From contig NC_007484.1 in NCBI RefSeq assembly GCF_000012805.1, forward strand, positions 1,500,001 through 1,532,000: a stretch of 32,000 nt of DNA, given 5' to 3'. Below are positions 1 to 9,540 of this stretch, in pieces. This stretch comes from Nitrosococcus oceani ATCC 19707. GTDB lineage: Bacteria; Pseudomonadota; Gammaproteobacteria; Nitrosococcales; Nitrosococcaceae. Position numbers and translations under genes: made by a program. Each line of letters begins with the position of its first letter. The stretch's first letter is position 1. Under the pieces are notes generated by a model. The model was given only the letters and a program-made list of their open reading frames with translations, was not told the DNA's origin and did no database searches.

Positions 1-25
1 TCATCGAGGACGAGATAGAGGACTA

Positions 26-685
26 ATGCGCCTGCTGCTGGTGGAAGACAATGTGGCCCTGGCCGATGAACTTTTGCCTTTGTTTAAGGGCTATGGCTAC
101 GCGGTGGATTGGCGGGTGGATGGTCGGGATGCATTACTGGCGGTTCACGATGAATCTTATGATATGGTCGTTCTGGATCTGGGCCTGCCGGGCCTGGATG
201 GTCTTCAGGTGCTGCAGCACTGGCGTGCTGAGGGGGTAACTCTGCCGGTGCTGATTCTCACTGCCCGGGATGCCTGGGCAGAGCGTCTGGAAGGCTTGCG
301 CGCTGGTGCCGACGATTATCTGAGCAAGCCATTCCACCCGGACGAGTTGCTATTGCGGGTGCAAGCAGTGTTGCGGCGCAGCCATGGCACGGTCAATAGC
401 CCGCGGCTGGAAGCCGGGGGGCTGGCCCTGGATGAAGACCGACAGAGTGTTTGGCAGGGGGATCAGGAATACGAACTGACCCGGGGGGAATTTCGCTTAT
501 TGCGTTGCTTTATGCTGCACCCGGGCAAGGTGCTTAGTCGGATGGAGCTGAGCGAACATCTCTATGATGGTGAAAGCGAGCGGGACAGCAATGTATTGGA
601 GGTGCATATTAGCCGGCTACGCCGCAAACTGGGTGACCCAGTGATTGAAACCCGTCGGAACCAAGGCTACCGCTTCAAGAAATGA
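26..685 (+). CDS. OmpR/PhoB-family response regulator (receiver plus winged-helix DNA-binding domain)
   Basis: 219-aa ORF. N-terminal receiver signature ([31 protein letters not shown]) and C-terminal trans_reg_C-like end ([13 protein letters not shown]). Stop overlaps the next gene start (ATGA at 682-685). Confidence 0.9.
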   Translation: MRLLLVEDNVALADELLPLFKGYGYAVDWRVDGRDALLAVHDESYDMVVLDLGLPGLDGLQVLQHWRAEGVTLPVLILTARDAWAERLEGLRAGADDYLSKPFHPDELLLRVQAVLRRSHGTVNSPRLEAGGLALDEDRQSVWQGDQEYELTRGEFRLLRCFMLHPGKVLSRMELSEHLYDGESERDSNVLEVHISRLRRKLGDPVIETRRNQGYRFKK

Positions 686-2007
686 GCTCTATCGGCCGCC
701 AATTAGGCGTTAGTTTATTTATCAGTTTGCTGGTGCCGGGTGTGCTGGCGGGACAAACTGCTATCTGGTGGCTGGATCAGCGCCAACGCGCCACCCTCGC
801 CGCTAGCCTGCGAGAAGAAACCGTCAGCGTGCTGGCGGCATTAGCCCGGGGGGGCAACGGCCTGCGCCTAGACCGCCAAGCCCTTGATCAAGTCTACCAG
901 CGGCCCTTATCTGGTCGCTATTTTCTGATTATTACCCCACAAGCGCGTTGGCGCTCCCGCTCCTTATGGGATACTCAGTTTGAGGAACCAGAGCAGGAGG
1001 GGCTTAGTGCTACCTTGGTAGATGGTCCCCAGGATCAAAAACTATTGCGCTATCGCGCCCATTATCAAATGGCGAGTCAGCCCGTTATTGTGGTGGTAGC
1101 CCAGGATTATGCGCCGCAATTGCAGGATTTCAGCCGCCTTAAAACAGGCGCTCTGGTAGCTTGGATAGCGCTCCTCGCGGTACTGGCGGCCGTTCAGCAG
1201 GGACTCATCCGGCGCGGGCTTCGCCCGCTTCTCCAAGTGCGCCAGCAATTGCAACAATTCCGTAAAGGCCAGCGCGCTACGCTGGATAAAAACGTGGCGC
1301 GCGAACTTAAACCCCTGGTAGAAGAAGTGAACCGACTCCAGGGCGATATTGAACGGCAACTACGCCGCTCTCGCCATGCCCTGGGAGATCTAAGCCATGG
1401 GTTGAAAACCCCACTGGCAGTCATGAAAAATCAGTCCCGTACACAATTGCTTGCTCTTTCTCCTGTTCTTGCAGGCAGCTTCAATGAGCAACTCTCGCAA
1501 ATGGAAGCTGGCATCAAGCGAGCCTTGGGGCGGGCCCGTATTGCTGCCAGCACAACCCCCACCAACCGTTTTACACCTGTTGAAGATGTCCCCCTATTGC
1601 TGCGTACTCTGCAACGGGCACATGATCGTGATCTAAATCTGGCGATCGAGGGGGTGTTGCCGCCAGCATTGCCCCTGGAACGGGAGGATATGCTAGAAAT
1701 TCTCGGCAATCTGCTGGACAATGCCTGTAAATGGACCCATCGCACCGTTGCCCTATCGTTGCAACGACAATCTACCGCGCTACTTATTACCGTGGTGGAT
1801 GATGGTCCGGGGATTGCACCGTCACAGCGGCAGGCAGTGTTGGCGCGGGGTCAACGTCTGGATCAGCAAGTACCTGGCCAAGGGCTAGGACTAGGGATTG
1901 TCAGTGACATGGTGGACGCCTATGGCGGAGAGCTAACCTTGGATGAAAATCCTGGAGGTGGATTGTTAGTACGGGTACGTTTGCCGCTGGCTGATTTGGG
2001 TGAGTAG
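682..2007 (+). CDS. Sensor histidine kinase (two TM segments, HAMP-like linker, HisKA, HATPase_c)
   Basis: 441-aa ORF. H-box [12 protein letters not shown]-box [10 protein letters not shown]1 DDGPGI, G2 GQGLGLGIV. Translationally coupled to the upstream regulator. Confidence 0.9.
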   Translation: MSSIGRQLGVSLFISLLVPGVLAGQTAIWWLDQRQRATLAASLREETVSVLAALARGGNGLRLDRQALDQVYQRPLSGRYFLIITPQARWRSRSLWDTQFEEPEQEGLSATLVDGPQDQKLLRYRAHYQMASQPVIVVVAQDYAPQLQDFSRLKTGALVAWIALLAVLAAVQQGLIRRGLRPLLQVRQQLQQFRKGQRATLDKNVARELKPLVEEVNRLQGDIERQLRRSRHALGDLSHGLKTPLAVMKNQSRTQLLALSPVLAGSFNEQLSQMEAGIKRALGRARIAASTTPTNRFTPVEDVPLLLRTLQRAHDRDLNLAIEGVLPPALPLEREDMLEILGNLLDNACKWTHRTVALSLQRQSTALLITVVDDGPGIAPSQRQAVLARGQRLDQQVPGQGLGLGIVSDMVDAYGGELTLDENPGGGLLVRVRLPLADLGE

Positions 2008-2102
2008 TTAATGATTTTACATTGTGCCAAGAAATCATCAATCTCTTGGTATAGCACGGGAAGTGCCCTGCGAATAATTTGAATTTTGAAGGTCTGAAAA
2101 CA

Positions 2103-3422
2103 ATGCTATCTCCTTTTTTTGGTCGATCTTCGAGAGCGGTTTTTTTGATTATAGCGCTCTTTTTTATCACTAAGCCGGCTTTTGCGGGCGCGCTTGAAGA
2201 TTATGTTCGCAAGCCTGATCCTCATTACAATTGGAAACTGACGGAGCAGAAAGAAGAGCACTGGGGAACTATGGCTTATCTGGAATTAGTGTCCCAGCAT
2301 TGGCGCAATCAATTTTGGAGTCATCGTCTCATTATAGCTCAGCCCAAGGAAGTCCGGAATCCAGAAATCGGTTTACTTTTGATCGCGGGTGAGGGAGACG
2401 GGGAGAAGTATATTGAGCGGTTGAAAATGCTCGCCCAGCGCGCAGGCGCGGTGGCCGCCGTTATCACTCAAGTTCCCAATCAGCCGCTCTATAATGGCCT
2501 CAAGGAGGATGCCTTGATTGCCTTTACTTTGGCTCAGTTTTTAAAAACTGGCGATGAAACGTGGCCATTGCTGTTTCCCATGGTGAAGAGTGCGGTTCGG
2601 GGTATGGATACCCTTCAGGCATTCCTGGAGCGGGCATTTCAGCAGAAAATTGAGGGCTTTGTAGTGGCGGGGGCCTCCAAGCGAGGCTGGACCACTTGGC
2701 TAACCGGTGCGGTAGATTCGCGGATAAAAGGGTTGGCTCCGATGGTCATTGATATGCTGAATATGGAGCAGCAACTGCATTGGGCTGAAAAAGCGTATGG
2801 CAGGCAAAGCGAAAAAATTAACGATTATACGGAGCTTAGCCTTCATCAAAATCAAGATGATCCGGCCGTGGCAAAACTGCGTAGTTGGATAGATCCCTAT
2901 GAATACCGACAGCACTATACGATGCCTAAACTTTTGCTCTTAGGCACGAATGACCCTTATTGGGTGGTGGACTCGCTGCGGCACTATTGGAACGAGTTGC
3001 CGGCGCCTAAGTTAATTTTTCAGACGCCTAACGCAGGGCACGATCTGAACGGCGGTAAACAAGCGATGCAGACCTTGGCCGCATTTTTTCAAATGATTGC
3101 TGATGGTCAGGATCTGCCCCAATTAGAATGGGAGTTACCAGCTAGCGACGCGGGAGAGCCAAGTGTTAAGGTAACGAGCGGGCAATCGGTTCGGGCAATT
3201 CGACTTTGGACGGCCACATCAGAGGATCGAGATTTTCGTGATGAACATTGGTCGAGCCGCAGTCTGAAAATCCTGCCAGGCAGCAGGCACGCAATAGCCA
3301 AAGTGGTTATTCCAGAACAGGGATATCGCGCCTATCTGTTTGAAGTAGAGATGACCACATCGACAGGGCATCCTTATAAACTTTCCACGGAAGCCCGTGT
3401 CCTACCCGATGATATTAAATGA
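2103..3422 (+). CDS. PhoPQ-activated pathogenicity-related protein (PqaA-type alpha/beta-fold) homolog, exported
   Basis: The ORF track starts at TTG 2079. The ATG at 2103 gives a typical signal peptide (MLSPFFGRSSRAVFLIIALFFITKPAFAGA). The mature N-terminus ALEDYVRKPDPHYNW and GASKRGWTTW resemble the PqaA family as I recall it. Confidence 0.7.
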   Translation: MLSPFFGRSSRAVFLIIALFFITKPAFAGALEDYVRKPDPHYNWKLTEQKEEHWGTMAYLELVSQHWRNQFWSHRLIIAQPKEVRNPEIGLLLIAGEGDGEKYIERLKMLAQRAGAVAAVITQVPNQPLYNGLKEDALIAFTLAQFLKTGDETWPLLFPMVKSAVRGMDTLQAFLERAFQQKIEGFVVAGASKRGWTTWLTGAVDSRIKGLAPMVIDMLNMEQQLHWAEKAYGRQSEKINDYTELSLHQNQDDPAVAKLRSWIDPYEYRQHYTMPKLLLLGTNDPYWVVDSLRHYWNELPAPKLIFQTPNAGHDLNGGKQAMQTLAAFFQMIADGQDLPQLEWELPASDAGEPSVKVTSGQSVRAIRLWTATSEDRDFRDEHWSSRSLKILPGSRHAIAKVVIPEQGYRAYLFEVEMTTSTGHPYKLSTEARVLPDDIK

Positions 3423-3451
3423 GCGAACCTACTAATTTGGACTTCTTATAG

Positions 3452-4654
3452 ATGCAAAATCGAGTAATCACCCCCTTTTTCCTTCTATTATTGTTTATCG
3501 TTTTCTTCTCTGTATGGGTGCGGCCTTTGACGGCGGCAACCGTTGTAAGTGGACAAGCACATGGAAAGGCTAACGAGCTGGAAGCGCAACAGGCCCTTGA
3601 AATGGATGCCTCCACCAAGGCGGTTAATTTGAGGCAGTTGCTAGATTTGGAGGCAATTATTCCTAAGTTAGCGCGCCACCAGGTTATCTTTGTTGGGGAA
3701 CAGCATCCCCGTTTTGATCACCATTTGAATCAGCTTGCCATAATTCGTGGCCTTCACGGGATACACCCAAAATTAGTGATCGGCGTTGAATTTTTTCAAC
3801 AACCGTTTCAGCAGTATCTGGAGCAATTTGTCGCGGATCAACTCACCGTAGAAGAATTTTTAAAAAAAACGGAATATTATGATCGTTGGCGCTACGACTT
3901 CCGGCTGTATGCACCGATACTTGAATTTGCCCGGAAAAATAGTATTCCTATATTAGCCCTCAATGTGCCTACCGAACTTATACAGAAAGTGGGCCGGGAG
4001 GGTTTGGAGGGGCTTTCTGAGAAGGAAAGAGCTCAACTTCCCTCCGAAATTGACCGTTCCAGTGTGGCCTACCGCGAGCGATTGCAAGAGGTGTTCGAAA
4101 ACCATCCTCAGCATTTTGGAAAGTTCGAGACTTTTTATGAGGCTCAATTAGTATGGGATGAGGCAATGGCGGAGAGCGCTAGCCGCTATCTTAAGGATCA
4201 CTCTGATTCCCATATGATTGTTCTGGCCGGCAATGGCCATTTGGCTTATGGCGTAGGTATTCCAGAGCGCCTTAATCGGCGTCTTGATACGACGGCTAGC
4301 GTGGCTATTGTGTTGAACGATTGGGAGGGGCTTGTTGAGCCAGACATAGCGGATTATTTATTACTCTCTGAGAAAAAAGAACTGCCAAAGGCCGGCTTTT
4401 TAGGGGTTATGCTCAAGCAATCTAGCGGAAAGCTTGAAGTCAATGCTTTTTCCGAGATCAGCGCGGCCAAAACTGCTGGAATTGAGGAAAAGGACGAGCT
4501 CCTTTCTTTGAATGGGCGCCTTGTTTCTGATATGTCGGATGTAAAGGAAGTAATGTGGGATAAAAAACCCGGTGAGGAAGTTCTCGTTAAGGTGCGCCGT
4601 GGGGCTTTTATGGGTAAGGATGAAGAATTGGAATTTGAGATAAAATTAAAATAA
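3452..4654 (+). CDS. ChaN-like (haem-binding uptake/Tiki superfamily) exported protein with C-terminal PDZ domain
   Basis: 400-aa ORF with an N-terminal signal peptide. VIFVGEQHPRFDHH matches the ChaN (PF04187-like) GEQH motif. The C-terminal about 90 aa (GFLGVML...GIEEKDELLSLNG...PGEEVLVKVRR) looks like a PDZ fold. Confidence 0.65.
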   Translation: MQNRVITPFFLLLLFIVFFSVWVRPLTAATVVSGQAHGKANELEAQQALEMDASTKAVNLRQLLDLEAIIPKLARHQVIFVGEQHPRFDHHLNQLAIIRGLHGIHPKLVIGVEFFQQPFQQYLEQFVADQLTVEEFLKKTEYYDRWRYDFRLYAPILEFARKNSIPILALNVPTELIQKVGREGLEGLSEKERAQLPSEIDRSSVAYRERLQEVFENHPQHFGKFETFYEAQLVWDEAMAESASRYLKDHSDSHMIVLAGNGHLAYGVGIPERLNRRLDTTASVAIVLNDWEGLVEPDIADYLLLSEKKELPKAGFLGVMLKQSSGKLEVNAFSEISAAKTAGIEEKDELLSLNGRLVSDMSDVKEVMWDKKPGEEVLVKVRRGAFMGKDEELEFEIKLK

Positions 4655-4885
4655 TAAATTGTTGAAGCTAACTGGAAGTTAACATTTCTTAAAAGGTTGA
4701 GGACTTAATCAATGGCTGAAGGAAGCTAGTGCTGCGGTTCTGAGTCAAAAGCCAAGAGATTGGGGCAGGGTGTTTAGAAAGAGAAATTGCACGCCCAAAA
4801 AATATTTGTTCCTAGCTTGATTAATGCTAGAGGATCGTTGACGGTCAGCAAAGTCTGCATTAGGCCATTTTTGCAAAAAAAATCA

Positions 4886-4962
4886 GGGAAATGCAAATTG
4901 TAGCAAATCGAACACGTGCCTGCTTGGAGCAAGTAGATGAGATTTAGCCGCAAATTCTAAAT
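4886..4962 (+). mobile_element. Degraded remnant of a tnpB 3' end / omega-RNA-type scaffold, related to the element at 14818-14919
   Basis: Hand alignment: 4886-4911 vs 14818-14843 matches 19 of 26. 4926-4962 vs 14883-14919 matches 27 of 37, including an identical ttagccgcaaa core. The copy here lacks the about 25-nt bulged hairpin that lies between the two blocks in the full element. Confidence 0.4.
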
Positions 4963-4973
4963 GAGAAAAGAGG

Positions 4974-5417
4974 ATGACTGAGCCTGAATTCTGGAAACAT
5001 AAGCCCTTGCAAGCCATGTCTTCAGAGGAATGGGAAGCCCTATGTGATGGCTGTGGTAAGTGTTGTCTGCACAAGCTAGAAGACGAAGAAACTGGAGAAG
5101 TTTTTTATACCAGTGTGGCTTGCCGACTCCTGGATCTGCATTATTGCCGCTGCACAGATTATCAAAATCGTGTCCGGAAAGTGCCAGATTGCTTAAGCTT
5201 GCGGGAGGAGTTAACAGAAGCTTTGAAGTGGTTGCCATCAACCTGTGCCTATCGTTTAATCAACGAGGGTAAAGAGCTGTTTCCTTGGCACCCTCTGGTT
5301 TCCGGTGATCCAGAGACGGTACATCAGGCAGGTATTTCAGTACGAGGCGTAGCGATTCCGGAATCCCAAGCGGGAGACTTGGAAGACCATCTGGTGGATT
5401 GGTCTGTTAAGGATTAG
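4974..5417 (+). CDS. ycgN: UPF0260 family protein YcgN (Cys-rich)
   Basis: 147-aa ORF with an AAGAGG RBS upstream. The conserved [31 protein letters not shown]...CRCTDYQNR pattern is typical of YcgN. Confidence 0.85.
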   Translation: MTEPEFWKHKPLQAMSSEEWEALCDGCGKCCLHKLEDEETGEVFYTSVACRLLDLHYCRCTDYQNRVRKVPDCLSLREELTEALKWLPSTCAYRLINEGKELFPWHPLVSGDPETVHQAGISVRGVAIPESQAGDLEDHLVDWSVKD

Positions 5418-5550
5418 TCCTCCGTTTTAAATGGTTCCCAAGCTCGGCTTTCTCCACCTGCTGATTAACAAAACGAATACTTGAATGACAACCAAAGCAT
5501 TTTTATATTGTGGTTTAGCGCTGCACTATTATTACATGTTATCGCCTGAG

Positions 5551-6357
5551 TTATATGACATTTTTCTGCGCCCAATCAGTAAATTCGGTTGCTAAGCGCG
5601 CGGCCTCGGGGAACACCAAGAACGCCGCATGAACAGCATCTGGCGTAAGTGGATCAATACTCTTGGGGTGGCCTGCTTCATTTCGGGCCACACGAATCTG
5701 TGAGGTAAACGCTGACCAATAGGCTTCATAATCGTCGGCGAGTTCTCTGGGCATTTTCTTCTTGGCTTGGTCTAATTGCGCCTTGATAGAATCGGACACC
5801 TTCTTTATCTGCCAGCTGTTCAGATTGTTGGGAGCGGAATTTCCGCCTCTTGAAATTGCAGCCGCAATTGAGTCTCGTAAGTTCAGCACCAGACGTTCCG
5901 ACGCGGCCCCAATCATCACAGCAGCGGCCTTGTACGAACCAGTGGTGTAACAGTCAAGGGCTTCGACAACGTAGGATTTTGCTATGTCACCCAGGTCAGC
6001 GCCCGCCTCCAAATGAGCGATATATGCTGCTGGGTTTGACGGGTCGCGCTGGAGGTTTTCCAATGCGCGAGCACCACGATCTGTGACATGGCAGAAAGGT
6101 GGGCTTGGGTTCGAAAGGTCATGCCCCCAAGCCAGAATCCCTGTACGAAACAACTCGTGCCACTCAGTCAGCAACAGTCGCTGCTGCTTAATGTCGCGGG
6201 ACAATTTCAACTGATCCGTTACCCATCTTAGGGCCGAGCCAGCTTGCATATTTGAGCTATAAGGGTCCTGCTTGTTCTGGGTCGCGATATATTCGAGCAG
6301 TTTCGAGCGAACCTCCCCGGGGGTGACTGGCGATGAGCTGTTCATGTCATATAACAA
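5551..6357 (-). CDS. Hypothetical protein with C-terminal HEPN-like (DUF4145-like) domain carrying an RNxxxH motif
   Basis: 268-aa ORF with AT-rich flanks on both sides. The C-terminal helical half contains IRVARNEAGHP. The RNEAGH codons are at 5668-5685 (minus strand), which fits the Rx4-6H HEPN signature with a polar residue after R. Confidence 0.55.
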   Translation of the reverse strand: MLYDMNSSSPVTPGEVRSKLLEYIATQNKQDPYSSNMQAGSALRWVTDQLKLSRDIKQQRLLLTEWHELFRTGILAWGHDLSNPSPPFCHVTDRGARALENLQRDPSNPAAYIAHLEAGADLGDIAKSYVVEALDCYTTGSYKAAAVMIGAASERLVLNLRDSIAAAISRGGNSAPNNLNSWQIKKVSDSIKAQLDQAKKKMPRELADDYEAYWSAFTSQIRVARNEAGHPKSIDPLTPDAVHAAFLVFPEAARLATEFTDWAQKNVI

Positions 6358-6443
6358 AACAATTAAATTCTATTATTCAAGTTTCGTATGCCTAGCCTAG
6401 AATTAGGTAACCTTGGCGTTTTGATTTTTTAATTCTTTTCTGC

Positions 6444-6905
6444 CTAGTCAATAGGGGTAATCTCTTGTGAAGGTATGTTTTTTTCCGTGGGCGAGGGAGA
6501 AGGACTTTCTTTTATTGAAGTTTCAGGAGTATGGGCATGGCCACTTAATCCAAAAGCGGATATGCGGCACCCTAGGCAACGCGTAAATGTTTGTCGGGCA
6601 GGGCCAACAACCAGGGTGTCCGCAGCCTCCTTAACATTGCCTCCCAGGGCGCTAAATGGCAGACTCGCCAGGAATATTCCCGTGCCTAGCCCTGTGGCTA
6701 CCAGCAATAATGGGCGAGCGATAAGCAGATCCCCAATCATTCGAAAGTAACGTGGCTCGTCTTCAATCCGGGTATAGGGGAATGGGGAGCGTGATTGGTT
6801 GTAGCCTTCCATAGAGGTATCAGCAGCGTTAGCAAAGCTAGCCGCGCTACTAAAAAATACGAGACAAAGTAAATAAGTTAGGAATTTTTGCTTGAATTCT
6901 GCCAT
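6444..6905 (-). CDS. Exported/membrane-associated hypothetical protein
   Basis: The ATG at 6905 is preceded by a GGAAAT/AGGAA RBS and gives the signal peptide MAEFKQKFLTYLLCLVFFSSAASFANA. There is one central hydrophobic Gly-rich segment and a Ser/Pro-rich C-terminal tail. I recognised no family. Confidence 0.55.
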   Translation of the reverse strand: MAEFKQKFLTYLLCLVFFSSAASFANAADTSMEGYNQSRSPFPYTRIEDEPRYFRMIGDLLIARPLLLVATGLGTGIFLASLPFSALGGNVKEAADTLVVGPARQTFTRCLGCRISAFGLSGHAHTPETSIKESPSPSPTEKNIPSQEITPID

Positions 6906-7324
6906 GATATTTCCTTCGGAGCAGGAATACTTATTAGGGTTTTCTGAATCTATCAACGATACTCGCTAGCTGTTAGAGTTTATCGGACAATTAATAGTTG
7001 ACTAAAATCCTTTTGGTGCCATCATCACGGATGAACCCAATTCTCCCTTCGCTTTATCAGCTTGGAGGATTTATGCCTTATACAGCCCTCAACGGTAACT
7101 AGGCTGTTGACCCTCGGGTTTTTTTTACCGTTCCCGGCACTTTATAATGAGGGGCTGAATTTTCTTTAACGGAGGTTGACTAGGTGTCTGCACCAAACGC
7201 GAATTTATCAAGTTAAGCGGACCCTCGCTAGTAGGTGCGCGCCTATCCCTATCTTCCTCCAAAGCTAGCGTATGAAACTGGGTAGAATAGCATAAAAAGA
7301 CTGGAAACCTAGGCCCTGGGAAAT

Positions 7325-8497
7325 TTAGTCTTCTTCCTCCACCAGGCTGAAGGATAGCCCTCCCAATTCATCCTTGTTAGGTTTCTCATCCAGGGATATT
7401 TTTTCCGTTGCGGAGGAAGCGGTTGTCGATCCCATTGCTTTTTTTGATAAGTTAATTTTGAGGCGGAGATTATTAGGGGAATCGGCGTTGCGCAGCGCCT
7501 CTTCGACACTGATAAGGCCCGTCGCATATAATTTATAAAGGGCGCTATCGAAGGTTTGCATACCGAGATTCTCCGATTTTTCCATGACGTCTTTAATAGC
7601 GTGGATTTCACCCCGGTGGATGAGGTCGCGCACCAGAGGCGTCCCCAATAAAATCTCAATAGCCGCAGTGCGCTTACCGTCAATGGTGGGAACCAGACGC
7701 TGGGAAATAAAAGCGCGCAGGTTTAAAGAGAGATCCAAGAGTAGCTGTGGGCGCCGCTCTTCCGGGAAGAAGTTGATAATTCGGTCAAGCGCCTGGTTAG
7801 CATTGTTAGCATGAAGGGTAGAAAGGCATAAGTGACCTGTTTCCGCAAAAGCGATGGCATGTTCCATAGTATTCCGGTCGCGAACTTCTCCAATAAGAAT
7901 GACATCCGGTGCCTGGCGTAGGGTATTTTTAAGCGCATCTCCGTAAGACTCCGTGTCGACGCCTACTTCGCGCTGATTGACGATGGATCTTTTATGCTGG
8001 TGTATATACTCGATAGGGTCTTCAATCGTGATGATATGACCCGCGCTGCTATTATTGCGATGATCAATGAGGGCGGCAAGAGAGGTCGATTTACCAGAAC
8101 CGGTTGCCCCTACAAATAAAATGAGGCCATGCTTATCCATCACAACGTTTTTTAATATAGGAGGCAGGCCGAGGTTATCTACGTTAGGGATAGTAGTTTT
8201 GATATTCCTAATGACCATGGAAATTGCACTGCGCTGTTTGAAAATATTGACCCGAAAGCGTCCAATGCCGGATTCGGAAAGAGCCAAGTTCATTTCCGGT
8301 TTTTGTTCAAACTCGGCTGTTTGTTCTTCGCTCATGATGTCGTAGGCGATTTTCTTTATATCGCTGGAAGATAATCTCGTTTTTTCGAGAGGTTTCAGCA
8401 AACCGTGGAATTTGGCGCAGGGGGGGGCTCCAGCGCTCAGATAAATATCTGAGCCATCGTGGGCAACAAGTATTTTTAGGTAATCCTTAAATTCCAT
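7325..8497 (-). CDS. pilU: Type IV pilus retraction-type ATPase, PilT family (PilU-like)
   Basis: 390-aa ORF. N-terminus MEFKDYLKILVAHDGSDIYLSAGAPP resembles PilU. Walker A GATGSGKST, Walker B-region ILIGEVRD, and PilT-family LSTLHANNA. Confidence 0.88.
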   Translation of the reverse strand: MEFKDYLKILVAHDGSDIYLSAGAPPCAKFHGLLKPLEKTRLSSSDIKKIAYDIMSEEQTAEFEQKPEMNLALSESGIGRFRVNIFKQRSAISMVIRNIKTTIPNVDNLGLPPILKNVVMDKHGLILFVGATGSGKSTSLAALIDHRNNSSAGHIITIEDPIEYIHQHKRSIVNQREVGVDTESYGDALKNTLRQAPDVILIGEVRDRNTMEHAIAFAETGHLCLSTLHANNANQALDRIINFFPEERRPQLLLDLSLNLRAFISQRLVPTIDGKRTAAIEILLGTPLVRDLIHRGEIHAIKDVMEKSENLGMQTFDSALYKLYATGLISVEEALRNADSPNNLRLKINLSKKAMGSTTASSATEKISLDEKPNKDELGGLSFSLVEEED

Positions 8498-8604
8498 TGG
8501 GGAGTCTCCAAGGGTGAGTGGGTCTATTTATCCTAGTTTCGGCTATATTGCTGGGAGTTTAAGTGAGCTGTATCGCAATTCGATAGCCAGAACTTATCTG
8601 CTTG

Positions 8605-9540
8605 ATGGCGACGGAGCGGTACATGGTTGAAGTTTTGCTGCAAATGACGGCATCCATTGTCTGTGGTATCGCGTGGCGCTATTTTTCTCAACAACACCTC
8701 AGCCCTAAAAATACGCGTGAAGTACTCACTGAGTTAGTCTATTATTTATTTCTCCCTGCCCTGGTGCTCGATGTCCTGTGGTTAGCGGATTTGGGAGGGG
8801 CGGCAGGGGGTATTGCCGTGGTGGCCGCGAGCGGCGTATTCATAGCCCTTGCTCTGGCCTGGGGAGCTTATCGTCTTCTAGCTGCCTCTTGCCGTTCCAC
8901 CCAGGGCGCCTTGCTACTAGCGGCAGGATTTCCAAACGTCACTTACTTGGGGCTTCCGGTATTGCAAAGTACGTTCGGTGATTGGGCAAAAGCGGTGGCT
9001 ATCCAGTATGATTTATTTGCTTGTACTCCCCTGGTGCTTACCCTGGGTATACATATCGCCCGTATTCATGGCAGGGATGGCGGATCCGCCAATCACCTGC
9101 TTGAGTTACTTAAAACGCCACCCTTATGGGCAGCCGCCATGGGGGTGAGCCTTAACCTTGGCGGTGTGCCAGAGCCGGCGGGACTCCATGGCTTTTTAAA
9201 TATGATGGCTTCCAGCGTAGTGCCTTTGATGCTTTTGTCCCTAGGGATGGGGTTAGAGTGGCCTCGTAACCAGTGGCGGCATTTACCCCTCCTGTTTCCG
9301 GTGCTCATAATTCAGTTATGCTTAATGCCCCTCTGGGCTATGTTTATTAGTCATTTTTTTGCTTTCGATTCTTTTCAGCGGACCGCAGTAATATTGGAGG
9401 CGGCCATGCCGAGTATGGTATTGGGGATAGTGCTCTGCGATCGTTTTCATCTGAACACTTCCCTTTATGCGGCGGCTGTCACTTTCTCTACGGCGCTGAG
9501 CCTAGTGACGTTGCCTCTTTGGTATCAATTCCTCACTTAG
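8605..9540 (+). CDS. AEC (auxin efflux carrier) family membrane transporter
   Basis: About 311 aa, about 10 predicted TM helices, AEC-like layout. Start is ambiguous (TTG 8602, ATG 8605, ATG 8623). Confidence 0.75.
   Translation: MATERYMVEVLLQMTASIVCGIAWRYFSQQHLSPKNTREVLTELVYYLFLPALVLDVLWLADLGGAAGGIAVVAASGVFIALALAWGAYRLLAASCRSTQGALLLAAGFPNVTYLGLPVLQSTFGDWAKAVAIQYDLFACTPLVLTLGIHIARIHGRDGGSANHLLELLKTPPLWAAAMGVSLNLGGVPEPAGLHGFLNMMASSVVPLMLLSLGMGLEWPRNQWRHLPLLFPVLIIQLCLMPLWAMFISHFFAFDSFQRTAVILEAAMPSMVLGIVLCDRFHLNTSLYAAAVTFSTALSLVTLPLWYQFLT

Noticed and set aside
1042-1745. Several 76-105-aa minus-strand ORFs (1042-1359, 1194-1424, 1431-1745) inside the histidine kinase gene
   Set aside because: They are fully antisense to a well-supported CDS, have Arg/Ser-rich low-complexity translations and lack an RBS. 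This is typical shadow-ORF behaviour.
2079-2102. TTG start giving 8 extra N-terminal residues on the PqaA-like protein
   Set aside because: The ATG at 2103 begins a canonical signal peptide, and the TTG extension adds acidic or neutral residues ahead of it, so the ATG start is preferred. This remains unverified.
6100-6125. gggttcgaaagg, a T-loop-like string suggestive of a tRNA
   Set aside because: It lies inside the HEPN-like CDS, and no acceptor, D or anticodon arms can be drawn around it. I found no tRNA, rRNA or CRISPR repeat array anywhere in the window.
7073-7132. GGAGG-preceded 9-codon mini-ORF (MPYTALNGN) followed by a T8 run; candidate leader peptide/attenuator or small RNA terminator
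   Set aside because: The stem before the T-run is only 3-4 bp with a 2-nt loop. The 8-bp inverted repeat aacggtaa/ttaccgtt spans a 26-nt loop. No plus-strand gene follows for 1.5 kb. There is not enough support for a function.
7309-7683. 124-aa alternative-frame minus-strand ORF within and just past the pilU 3' end
   Set aside because: It lies on the same strand as pilU but out of frame, and its translation is Trp/Arg-rich with no motifs. The PilU frame is fully supported by conserved ATPase motifs.
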